64,000 bases of DNA from an uncultured delta proteobacterium (GTDB lineage Bacteria > Myxococcota_A > Polyangia > Fen-1088). Positions 1 through 10,866 of this stretch are shown here, in pieces. Position 1 is the first letter of the stretch. Every line of letters starts with the position of its first letter. Where the stretch lies: assembly GCA_963796685.1 (NCBI GenBank), contig CAWCMR010000005.1:128001-192000 (forward strand), read 5' to 3'. The notes under the pieces were generated by a model that saw only the letters and a list, made by a program, of their open reading frames with translations, was not told the DNA's origin and made no database searches. The translations under genes were made by a program, and so were the position numbers.

Positions 1-1256
1 CGACCGCGCGGCGGATCACTTGCGGCGCGTGTTCGACCGCGTTCCCACCCATCAAGGTGCGCACGAGCGACTGGCGGCGGTGCTCGTGCAACTGGGGCGC
101 AAGGCCGAAGCTGCCGCCGAATACGAGGTCCTGGCCCAGCAATGCACGGCCAGCAAGCCGGCCGGCGCCGCGGGGTATGCGCGCAAGGCTCTCGAGCTCA
201 ACCCGTCGGCGCGGCGGGCGCTTGAGGTCTTGGGCATCGTGGCGTCATCGCTCCCGGCCGAAGAGGCTCCCTCGGACGAAAGCTCGATTCCGGCGGGCAT
301 GGGCACACCCGAACCGGACATCATCGAGAGCGACGAAATCGAGCTGCTCGGCGAGATGGCGGAGCCCGAGGAATTCACCGGCGAAGAGGGGGGCGCGGCG
401 ACCGGTAGCAGCATGGATCGCACCCGCGGCGGCCCATCCGCCTCGGACGCGGGAGACGATGTCGAGCAGGACGAGCTTGCGGCGGGCCCGACCCAAGTCG
501 GCAACACCCCCCTGCCCGAGGTCGTGGCCCAGGAATACACGGAGCCCACGAGTCTGTCGTCGGCTCGGGAGCAGGCCCCTTCCGCATCCGATGACGCCTT
601 CCTGGCGGACCTGGAGCAGGTGGACTTCTTCATCGAGCAGGGGTTGACGGACGAGGCCACGGCCATGCTCGAGGAGATGGACGGCCGGTTTCCCGGTCAT
701 GCGCTTGTTGCCGACAGGCGGCAGCGCTTGACCGAGCTTCCAGTCCAGCTCGGAGTCGTCGGCGTCGTCGCAAGGCGCGGTTCCGGCCCTGGTTCACGGC
801 GACCCGACCGAGTCCACGCGAAATCTTCGCAAGCCGGCTGCCTCTTTTCCGCGCACGACAGCCGCCCAGCCGCAAGAGCACGACATCGACACGCACGCGG
901 ATCTGGGTATCATGGAGAAGACGATGGAGCGCTACGACGCGGCCATCGAGCATTTCAAGGCGGTCATGGAGGACCCCAAACGCGAGGTCTTCGCCTTGTC
1001 CATGATCGGCGAATGCTCCGAGGCCCTTGGCGATTCCGCCGAGGCCATCCGCTGCTACCAGGACGCGCTCAAACGGCCAACCGCGACGAAGGCCGAGGCG
1101 ACCCAGCTCTACTTCCAGCTCGGGAACGTCTTCTACAACCTGGGCGATCACAGCGAAGCGCTCTACTACTTCGAGCGTGTCTACAAGCGCGACCCCAATT
1201 TCCGCGACATCCAGCACCGCCTCTCCGAGGTAAAATCTCGCGCCGCGTCTCGGTAG
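1..1256 (+). CDS. TPR protein, SgmX-like C-terminal part (5' truncated by window; +1 frameshift near 739)
   Basis: TPR helices, an acidic linker and LEQVDFFIEQGLTDEA in the frame of ORF 20. After GAGCTTC (734-740) the frame of ORF 912..1256 gives DTHADLGIMEKTMERYDAAIEHF...ALYYFERVYKRDPNFRDI, a C-terminal TPR block resembling SgmX. Confidence 0.7.
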
Positions 1257-1426
1257 CCATCGACGCAGGAAGGCGACGAGCCCCTTGGAATTGGCGCTGC
1301 GCTGTCGCTCTTCTGTCGCGGGACGAGGGGCACGCCTAAACCCTTGGTTTCCTTGCGCCCTGGTGCTAGTTTCGCGCCCTCGGTTGTTGTTTTTTCGAGA
1401 CGACCGCTCTATCACCGGAGGGCCGC

Positions 1427-4400
1427 ATGCCCAGCGAGCGCGAGTATGAACAGGCCTTACAACACGAGCCAGGCCACAACGAGGCCTTTCTCTTCCTGCG
1501 CAGATCCTATCGGGAATCTGGGCGATTCGACAAGCTCGTAACCCTGTACGAAACGCGCGCCCAGGCCATCCCGGATCAAACCAAGGCCGCCGAGCTCTTC
1601 TATCTGGCGGCGGAGGTGCGCGTCGATCATCTGTCGGACGTCGCCGGCGCCGAGGCCGACTTGGCTCATGCCGTCAGCCGCGACGCGACCCATCGCAAGG
1701 CCGTCAAACGACTCAAGAACATCTACCGCGAACAGGGCCGCTCCGGGGAATACCTCAACATGCTCGAGGTAGAGGCCGCTGCTTTGGGTCAGGCGCGCGA
1801 TACGGCGCGCATCGATGAATTGCGCGCCGAAATCGACCGCGCCTACGGCCAGCACATCGCACGCATCGAGAACGCCTTGACCACCCCGGGCTTGCGCGCC
1901 GAGGTCACCACCGAACAACTCAAGATCGTCGAGGCCGTGCGCAAGATCCATGGCGCACTTGGCGACTATCCCATGGTCTGCCGGCTGTACGAGATCGAGC
2001 TGGCTGGAACCACCGATCCCAAACGGCGCATCGGGCTCATGTTCCGCCTCGGGCGTGTCTTGGCGGAAAAGATCGGCGATCTACCGCAGGCGGCCCAGAA
2101 GCTGAGCGACGTGGTCCGACTCTATCCGCGCGACGACAAGGCCCTGGAAGCGCTGGCGTCGGTCTTCGCCAACCCCAATTGGAACGGGGCCGACGGACCC
2201 GAGCGCGCAGCGGGCCTGTACAACCAGATCGCGCGCCGGCGCCACGAGGCCGGCGACGTGGACAACGCGGTGGCGGCCCTGCGCAAGGCGCTCGGCGCGG
2301 TGCCCTTCCACGCCGAGGCCCTGGCCTTGCTCGAACGCGTGCTGAGCGAGGCCAATCGCTTCGCCGATCTGGATCGATTCCTGCGCGAACGCGTGTCCCA
2401 GGCGCGAACCAGCAGCGAGAAGATCGAGATCCTGACCAAACGCGCACGCCTGGCCGAGACCTCGCTGGGCGACGTCGAGGAAGCCATCCGGACCTACGAG
2501 CAAGTTTCGGCGCTGGAGCCCCCGGGTGGACCGGCGACGCGACACCTGGCCAAGCTGTATGCGGGCAGGCACGACTACGGCAAGCTGGCCGAGCTGCGCG
2601 AAAAGCAGCTCGAACGCACCACCGAGCCCGAGGCACGGCTGGCGCTGCTGCGCGAGCTGGCCTCGCTGTACCACGACCGCCTGGGCGACCGCGAGCAAGC
2701 CGCCGTCTACCTGCACGCGATCCTGCAGGACAACCCCAGCGATGCGGAAGCGCTCAAGGCGTACGCCGAGCACTTCCGCGCGCGCGGCTCTTTCCGCGAG
2801 CTGGCCGATCTGCTCGAATTCGCAGCCGAGCACGACCTCAAGCAGGGCGTGCCGGTCGAAGAACTGCTGCCGCGCCTGGAAGAAGTGGCGGCCTTGGTGG
2901 AAGGCAAGCTCGGCGATCTGGACCGCACCCTGGCGGTATGGCGCCGCGTCTGGGAGCTTTCGCCCGGCTACGAGCGCGCGCGCGAGGCCCAGAAGCGCAT
3001 CCTGCAGAAGACCAAGCAGTGGGCCCAGATGGTGCCCCTGTTCATCGACGAGGCGGAGCGGGCGGAAGATACGGAGCAGAAGATCGACATCCTGCATCGC
3101 CTGGCCCGCCTGCACAGCGAAAAGCTGGGCAACGTCGATGACGCCATCGCGGTGTACCTGCAGATCCTGGCCCTCGATCCGCGCGAATCGGTGGCCCTGC
3201 GCAATGTGGTCGAAACCTACGAGAAGAACGAGCGCTGGTCGCAGTTGGCGCCGCTTCTGCGCAGCCAATGCGAGATTGCGCCCACCGAGGCCGAAAAGGT
3301 CACCATCCTGCGCCGTCTGCTCGTCGTCAACATGGAGAAGCTCACGGATCTCCCGGCGGCCTCCTTGGACGCGACCCAGATTCTGAAGTTCATTCCGGGC
3401 GACAACGACGCCTTGCTGCGCCTGGAGTCCATCCTGGAACAGTCGGGGGACAAGCCGCGCCTGGTGAAGATGCTCGAATACCACCTGCGCTACGCGGGGT
3501 CGGCGGCCGAGAAGCTCCACATCATCAAACGCATCGCCGGCCTGCTCCAGGATCACCTCAAGGATTTCGCCAAGGCCGTGCCCTACTGGGAGAAGGTCGT
3601 CAAGCATGTCCCCGGCGACGTGGAGGCCATCGACGCGTTGCTGGTGGCCCACGAGCACCTGGGCCGGCACGAGGATCTGGCGCGCGTTCTCGACTTGCGG
3701 GTCAAGGCCAAGGCGGGCGATCCGGCAGCCCAGGTGGAAACTCTGCGCCGACTGGCGCGCCTGGCGAGCGGCGAGCTCAAGGAAACCAGCCGATCGGAAA
3801 ATGCCTGGGAAGACCTGCTCAAGCTGCAGCCGTCGGACCGCGAGGCGCTGGAGGCGCTGTCGGTCATCGCGGCGGACATGGGCGATTTCGCCAACTTGAC
3901 GGATCTGCTGCTGCGTCGGATCGGCATCGCCGCCAGCCCCGCCGAGGCCACGAGCCTGGCCCTCGAACGCGCCCGCTTGTTCGAGGAAGAGCTGCAAGGA
4001 TCCCGCCGAGGCCGCGTCGGCGCTCGAACGGATCATCAATGAAATGGATCCGGCCAACCTCGAAGCCCATGTGGCCTTGCGCCGCGTGGCCGAGGAGATG
4101 CAGGACTGGCCGCGCGTCGTGGCCGTGGCGGAGCGCCACTTGGCGCTGACGCCGGAAACCGAGGAACGCGTCAGGCGCGCCCTGGAGATCGGATGGCTGT
4201 GTCGCGAGCGTCTCGCCGATCCGGCCAAGGCGGTGCGCGCCTACGAGCACGTGCTCGAGATCGACCCCGAACAAGCCGATGCGCTGGCCGCCCTGGCCGC
4301 GCTCCACACCGAGGCGCAGGATGGCGACCGGCTCATCGCCGTCGACGAGAAGCTGCTGGCCCTGGCCAAGGATGCGGAGGAGCGCCGTCGCTTGATGTTC

Positions 4401-7400
4401 GAAATGGCGGCGGCCGCCGAGCAGATGCTCAAGAAACCGCGCCAGGCGTTCGAATGGTACCGCCGCGCCTACCACGAACAGCCGGACGAGACCACCCTCG
4501 GGCGTCTGGAAAGCACCGCCGAGACCTACGCGCTGTGGGAGGATCTCATCGGTGTCTACCTCGGCGAAGGCGCGCGCTCGACGGATGCGCGCGATCAGGT
4601 GGAGGTGGCGCGCAAGGTGGCGGATCTATGCGAGGAGCGCCTGCACGCGCCCGCCCGCGCCTTCGCGGTGCTGCGCGAGGCGATCGTCCACGAACCCGAC
4701 GCGACGACCTTGCTGCCCGAGCTCGAACGACTGGGTCGCGACATCGCCGACTGGCAGGGCCTGCTCGACGTCTATGCCCAGGTCGCGCGCGGCCGGGCCG
4801 ACACCCAGGAAAGAATCGCCCTCTTGCGCCAGCGCGCCAAGGTTCGCGAAGAGGACATGAAGGATCCCTCGGGTGCCTTCGACGAGCACCTGCGGGCCTT
4901 CGTGCTCGACCCCGAGAGCGAGACCTCGCACCAGGAGATCCTGCGTCTGGCCGAGGTCACCGGGCGCTGGGAAGACGCCTTGAACGTGGAGGGCCAGCTC
5001 TTCGCCCGCGCCGAAGACCTGGAAGAAAAGGTCTGGATTTCCCGCCGCGCGGCCGAGCTGGTCGAAACCAAGATCAAGGACGATGTCCGCGCCTTCCGCG
5101 CCTACCTCGGCGCCTTTCGCTTGGCGCCCGAGGAACAAGCCATCACCGACTGCTTGTGGCGCCTGGCCGAGAAGATCGGCACCTACGCCACCGAGCCCGC
5201 GCGCGAGCTCACCCCCAAGCCTTTGCCCGTGCCGGTCAAGGCCGACACGCGGAGCGCGGACGCCAAGGATGGCGCCGAGCCCACGGTCGAGCTGGAGCCC
5301 GAGCAGATCACGGGCGAGATCGACATCCTCGATGTCGACATCCTCGAGGAAACGCCGCCTCCCCAATCGGGCGGCTACCCGATGGCGCCGATGCTCGCCA
5401 CCCAGTTCGAGAGCCCGTGGCACGAATGGGTGCAGGCCTACGAGCTCCTCAACGCCGATGTGATTACCCGGCACCGCTACCTGGCGAAGGTGGCGGACAT
5501 CTGGATGCGTGGGGCGCACAACGTGGACCGCGCGCTCGAGGCCCTGGAGCGGGCCTTCGTGCTCAACACCAGCGACGAAACCGTGTGCGAAGAGATGGAG
5601 CGGCTGGCCAAGAGCGAGAACCGCTGGGACGCCGTATGCGCCATCTACCAGCGGGCGGCCGAGCATGGGTCACGCGCCGACATGGTCGCGTTCAACCTGC
5701 GTGTGGCCCACATCCGCGAAGAGTTGGGCCAGGTCGAGCTGGCGGAAGAGCGCTATCGCGCCGTGATTGTGCTCGAGCCCAGCGATCCGGAATCGCTCGA
5801 TCGCCTGGAGAACATCTACCGCAGCACCGCGCGCTGGTCGGATCTGGCGACCGTGCTCGAGCGCTGCACGCTGGTCAACGACGGGCGCCTGGAAGGCCCG
5901 CGGATGCGGCGCAAGGCCTTCGAGCTGGCCGAGCTCTACGAACAGCGGCTGGAACGTCCCTATGAAGCGGTCGACACGCTGGAGAAGTACGTTGCCAGCA
6001 TCGAGGAAGAAAAGCTCGGCGAAGACGGCTCGCAACGCAGCCCCGACCTCATCGCCGAAGCGCGTGCGGGCTACTCGGCGTTGGCGCGCTTGCTCGGCAA
6101 GGTCGGCCTGGCGCAAAAGGCGGCGGCGGCCTTGCAACGCGAGCTCGAGCTGGCGGGAGACGGCGAAGGCGCGCGTGAGGCGCGCGGACACTTGGCCGAG
6201 ATCTATGAGCGCGAGCTTGCCCTGCCGGCAAAGGCCATCGAGGTCCTGGAGGCCATCTTGGCCAGCTCGCCCGACGACGCCGCCGCCCTGGCCTCGCTCG
6301 ATCGTCTGCACACCGGGGCCGGCCACTTCGAGGCCCTTGCCAATGTGCTCGAACACCGTATTCGCATCGCCGAACCGGCCGAGCGCGCCGACCTCATCTG
6401 GCGGCGCGCGCGCGTTCTCGAGGAGAAGCTCGGCAACCCCGACGCCGCGGCCGCGTGCCTGCGCGGGCTCGGTCCCGATGCCCTGTCCGACCCGGACACG
6501 GCCACGGCCCTTCTGCGCAACCTGCGGAGCGCGGGGCTGTCCCACGAGGCCATGCGTATCCTCGAACAGCGCATCGTGGCCCTGCGCACCAACGACGAGA
6601 ACCCCGAGCTCATCGCGGCCCTCTACCTCGAAAAGGCGCAGCTCAAGTCGGATGACCTGGGCGACATGGAAGGGGCGCTCGACGCCATCGAGTCGGCACT
6701 CGCCATCGCCCCCACGTCCAGCACTGCGCTGTCGGCCCTGGCGCGTTTCCACCTCAAGCGCAACGACTTCAAGGCCTACGCGGCCGCGCTGCTCAGGCAG
6801 GCGGACGCCATGCAAGGCCAGCCCGACCAGGCCGCGGTCCTGCTGGAGGCCGCGGCGGTGTTTCGCGACCAACTGTCCGACGACCTTCAGGCGCGGATCT
6901 GCTTCGAACGGGCGGTGAAGGAACACCCGTCGAACCCCGATGCGCTGAGCGCGCTCGCGTCGCTCGAAGCCGCGCAAGGTCGCACCGACGAGGCCAGGGC
7001 CCTGTACGAACGCCAACTCGAGGTGTGCGATTCGCCCGCGGCCAAGGCCGTGGTGTTGACCAACCTGGCGCGGGTTCTGTTCGAGAATCCCGAGCTCATC
7101 AGCGAGGCCGAGGCGCGCCTGGACCAAGCGCTCGATCTCGACCCGGGGCACCTCCCCGCGGTCATCACCATGGCCGACATCTACTACCGCGAGCAGCAGT
7201 GGAGCAAAGCCGAGCGCCGCCTCAACGAGGCCCTGCGCCGCTTGCGCGGACAGCCGGAGCAGACCGCACGGCTGTACCATCGCCTGGGCGAGGTCTACGA
7301 GAAGCTCGGCCGCCTGGAGGAAGGCTACCGCCAACTCGTCGAAGCAGACCGAGCCATGCCCGGCCAGCTCATGCTCCGCATCGCTCTCGGCGAAAACCGC

Positions 7401-9365
7401 TTCCAGGCACGGCGCTGGCGCGAGGCCACCATGCACTTCGAGTCCATCGCGGAGCATGAAATGGCCACGCAATACCCGGAAGAGGTTGCCCAGGCGCTGA
7501 CCCACGCCGCGCAGGCCGAGCTGAAGTTGCGCCGTCCCGAGCGAGCGGCGGCGCTGCATGAAGCCGCCCTGCGCTTCTCCCCCAGCCATCCCCAGACTTT
7601 GCGCGCGCTCGCCGACTTGGCCATCGAGCGCGGCGACAAGCTCGAAGCGGCGAAGTCCCTGCGCCGGGTGGCGGAGTCGTCCGCCGATCAAAACGAGCAG
7701 GCGCAGATCTTCGAGCAAATCGGGGACCTGCAGCTGGCGCTGGGCAACAAGGATGCGGCCCGGTCCGCCTATCTGGACGCTGCATCGATGGTCGAGAAGG
7801 TCGAGCCCTCCCACATTCCGCTGTTGGAGAAGTTGCTCGATCTGCAGCGCGGCGACGGCGCGGTAACCGACGCCATCGTCACCGCGCAGCGGATTGCCGG
7901 CGCCGTGGAAGACGCCGGCGAGCGGGCCGGACGGCGACGGGAAGTGGCGAAATTGCAGATGGAGATCGGCGACTACGCCGACGCCGCCGAGACCCTGGAG
8001 AAGGTTCTGGAGGACAATCCGACGGACGAGGCGGCGCTGCACGACCTGTGCACGGCGTACAACCACGCGGGACGAGCGGCCAGTGTCGCCGCCACGCTCG
8101 AACGGTTGCTGCCCGGTCTGCCCACGACCTCGGATCCGGTAGCCGAACGCGGTCGGGCCGCGCTGTGGGAAGAGATGGGGAATGCCGTCGCGGACCGCGA
8201 CCTTGCGGCCGGTATCGCGGCGCTGGAACAAGCCGTGGTCCTCGATACCGAGCGCCTGTCCGCGCGCCTGCAACTGGCCAAGCTGTACGCGCAGCATCCC
8301 AATCACACGGCGCTGGCGCTCGAGAACCATCGCTCGCTCGTCCGGCTCGACCCGACCTGCGAGGGATCCCTGCGCGCCCTGGCCACCGACTACCTGGCAA
8401 GCGGGCAGAGCGATCGCGGACGCTGCTGCCTCGAGCTCCTCGAGCTGCTGGGCCTGGCCACCGCGGAAGAGCAAGCGATCCTGGAAGCCCACGCCCTGCC
8501 CGTGCGCCCCACCGACGAGCCCTACGCGGGCAGCATCGGCGAAAGCGAGCGTCACGCCCAACTCGTCCACCCCGATACCGCGGTGGTGGCCGACGTGTTC
8601 GCCGCCCTGTGGGAGGGCGTGCCCGCCTTGAGCCAGGCCACGCTCGACAGCTTCGGCGTAGCCGCGAAAGACAAGGTGTCGGCCATCTCGGACATGGACG
8701 TGGCCAAGATCTTCAGCCAGGCCGGCAAGGCCCTGTCCAACCAGCGCGCGGGCCTTTATGTCCAACCCGAGGCCGACTTCGTGGGGATCCGGTTGGTTTC
8801 GGTCGTCCCGACGGCAATCGTCATCGGCAAACGCTACGCCGAGGAAGCCTCACCCCAAGAGCTGCGTTTCCGCATCGGACACTCCCTCGAGCTGCTGCGC
8901 CCCGAGTACGTTCTTGCGGCGACCATGGATCCGGTCGCGCTCGAGGACATGTTCACCGCCGCTCTCAAGGCGTTCCACCCCAAGCACAACCGCTGGCGCG
9001 CGGGCTCCGAGGACAGCGCGGCCGAGGAAGCCGCCAAGCTCAAGAAAGCCCTACCCTACAAGCTGGCCAAGCGCATCGCCGAGATATTCCAGGAGCACGC
9101 CGACGCGGACCTGAATTGCCAGCAGTGGCGCGCGGCGGTTCTCGAAACCGGCAACCGCGCCGGCCTGCTCCTGTGCGGCGACCTGCGCGTGGCGACGCAC
9201 GTGGTGCTGCGCGAGAGCACGGTCGGAGTGCCCGATGTCATCAGCCAAGAATACATGCGCGAGCAGGCCCAAAGGCCCGGCCCGCTGAAGGAGCTTCTGC
9301 GCTTCTTCGTCAGCCAGGAACACTTCGGTTTGCGCGATATCCTGGGCACGGCGGCGAAATTCTGA
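1427..9365 (+). CDS. Giant TPR-repeat protein (~2,645 aa, AgmK-like), split by a +1 frameshift near 3994
   Basis: ORFs 1427..4042 and 4044..9365 join as EEEL-K-DPAEAASALERIINEMDP if one base in GAGCTGC (3989-3995) is removed. TPR periodicity is continuous across the junction. Confidence 0.85.
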
Positions 9366-9413
9366 TGCGCATCGCCGGAGCGCCTCACAGGCCCACGGAA
9401 ACGCGACGTGGCG

Positions 9414-9442
9414 TTGACATGCCGCTCAGGGACGACTATAAG
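9414..9442 (+). promoter_or_regulatory. sigma70-type promoter of tRNA-Leu
   Basis: TTGACA (9414-9419), 17-bp spacer, TATAAG (9437-9442), about 10 nt upstream of the tRNA. Confidence 0.8.
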
Positions 9443-9452
9443 CCCCAACACC

Positions 9453-9535
9453 GCGAGGATGGCGGAACTGGTAGACGCACTAGCTTGAGGTGCTAGCGGT
9501 TAACAGCCATGGGGGTTCGAGTCCCCCTCTTCGCA
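9453..9535 (+). tRNA. tRNA-Leu(GAG), CCA not encoded
   Basis: Acceptor stem GCGAGGA/TCTTCGC plus discriminator A, D-loop ACTGGTAGA, anticodon arm CTAGC-TTGAGGT-GCTAG, long variable arm, T-arm GGGGG-TTCGAGT-CCCCC. Confidence 0.97.
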
Positions 9536-9539
9536 CTGA

Positions 9540-9572
9540 GAACCCCTGGAAATACCGGGGGTTTTCTTTTTC
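9540..9572 (+). terminator. Rho-independent terminator after tRNA
   Basis: GC-rich hairpin AACCCCTGG-AAATA-CCGGGGGTT followed by a T-rich tract. Confidence 0.8.
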
Positions 9573-9683
9573 TGGCCTCGCTGTCGATGGCGAGTAGACG
9601 CTCTGTCGTGGGGAGGCCCTTGCTCATCAGCGGATCGAACATCTCCACCAGAAGGCCGCAGCCGCGCAGGAACCGGGGGGCTG

Positions 9684-9880
9684 CTACCGCCGCTTCGGGG
9701 CAGCACCAAAGCCGGACACCTGTATCCCCATTGAGGTGACGACGCCGATAGCGGCGTCGAGCGAGATGGTCGCCCCCTTGACCTTGTTCTCGGCGGGATT
9801 GAGCCGGACGTTTGTAACCCCGGCAAAGTTGGCGCGGGAAAGGTTGGTCTGATGGAACTGGCATCGGTCAAGGTTCGAGC
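9684..9880 (-). pseudogene. Pentapeptide-repeat protein, C-terminal fragment
   Basis: NLDRCQFHQTNLSRANFAGVTNVRLNPAENKVKGATISL shows pentapeptide periodicity and a typical C-terminal tail; the N-terminal repeats are missing. Confidence 0.6.
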
Positions 9881-10022
9881 ATGGCCGTTCCATAGACCTT
9901 GGTGCGGTCTACCTGCAAGGCTGAGGCTCGTAAGTTCCGGTCCTACGAGCCTTGGCTGGTTGAAGCGGATATGGTCGCCGCAGGAACACCGTGTAGAATC
10001 GAGATGCCAGCTCGGCGGTGGG

Positions 10023-10054
10023 CTTGCAGCTGAGCGGCAGAGCGTTCGGCAGAC
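10023..10054 (+). mobile_element. 3' half of an attC-like site (integron cassette boundary)
   Basis: CTTGCAGCTGAGCGGCAGAGC-GTTCGGCAG. GTTCGGCAG (10044-10052) is the exact reverse complement of CTGCCGAAC (10548-10556) just after the downstream gene. Confidence 0.5.
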
Positions 10055-10096
10055 GAACGACGAAGGCCTCTCGACAGCTCGAACGGAGCGATCTTC

Positions 10097-10531
10097 ATGA
10101 AGACGTGCTCTCTCCAAACTTCTGCGCGACCGGTTCTCGCACTCCTTCTGTCCTTGGCATGGGTAGGTTCATGCGGTGGGAGCTCCCCATCGTCCGACGC
10201 GTCTCTTCCCGCCTGCACTTGGTCACCAAGCTTTGAGCCGGGAGATGCGGCACCGGGACAATGCCAGGCAGCGCGCACCTACCTTTCGTGTCAGGGTTCA
10301 AACGGTGGTGGCATGCTTTGCTTGAGCACGAATGTCGCCGAATGCCCTGGTCCGAATCCGACACCAGGCGTGTCGTATTCCGAGTGCGCAGATCAGTGTG
10401 ACACCGAGGAGTACGCCCTGGCGTGCGGTGGTACCGGACCCGGACCTTGGCCTCAGCCTCCGGCAGCCTGCCGGACGTTGCCGTCAGGTCCAGGCGGCGG
10501 AACGATCTCGTGTTGTCCGTGCGGCCTATAA
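10097..10531 (+). CDS. Small Cys-rich lipoprotein (possible integron cassette ORF)
   Basis: Hydrophobic signal with lipobox-like AWVGS-C and a Cys-rich mature region ending in CCPCGL. Confidence 0.7.
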   Translation: MKTCSLQTSARPVLALLLSLAWVGSCGGSSPSSDASLPACTWSPSFEPGDAAPGQCQAARTYLSCQGSNGGGMLCLSTNVAECPGPNPTPGVSYSECADQCDTEEYALACGGTGPGPWPQPPAACRTLPSGPGGGTISCCPCGL

Positions 10532-10547
10532 TCACAGCACCGGCTTG

Positions 10548-10657
10548 CTGCCGAACGGCAGGGCGTTAGCGGGATCTCATGCTTGTGCGAAAGGGAGAAC
10601 ATCTGAAGGAAGATCGTCGTGGCCTAGGCGCAAAGGGCGTCTAACATGCCGGTCGAG
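10548..10657 (+). mobile_element. Internally deleted attC-like site and a second cassette remnant
   Basis: CTGCCGAAC joined directly to GGCAGGGC-GTTAGCG (10565-10571); a further RYYYAAC box GTCTAAC (10639-10645) is followed by ATGCCGGTCGAG. Confidence 0.4.
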
Positions 10658-10677
10658 TAGCCAGGGGAGGTTGCCCT

Positions 10678-10810
10678 GAGCTACGTGAAAGGGCCGAGCT
10701 TACCCAGGATCAGCAGCGGAGCGTCTTGGCTTCGCGCTCGAGTACCTCCAGCGCATCGAGGGCGGCGGGGAGACTCTGACGGTCAGGTCCCTGATCAAGC
10801 TCTTGAGCTT
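10678..10810 (+). pseudogene. Degenerate XRE-family HTH regulator fragment
   Basis: Manual translation with one frameshift gives ELRERAELTQDQ/AERLGFALEYLQRIEGGGETLTVRSLIKL, an HTH_3 pattern. No intact start or end. Confidence 0.6.
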
Positions 10811-10866
10811 CTCGACCAGGGATGCTCAGCCACTGCTGGCCGTGTGCTGGAAATGGCCAGACCGAT

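Noticed and set aside
2081-8765. Long antisense and alternative-frame ORFs (e.g. 2081..4228 and 5670..8765; likewise 28414..30216 and 55747..57903)
   Set aside because: These are shadow ORFs expected in high-GC coding DNA; they overlap well-supported genes and have no recognisable motifs.
9892-9952. Two short hairpins as IS200/IS605 ends or an ncRNA
   Set aside because: Too short to distinguish from chance, and no tnpA or tnpB is nearby.
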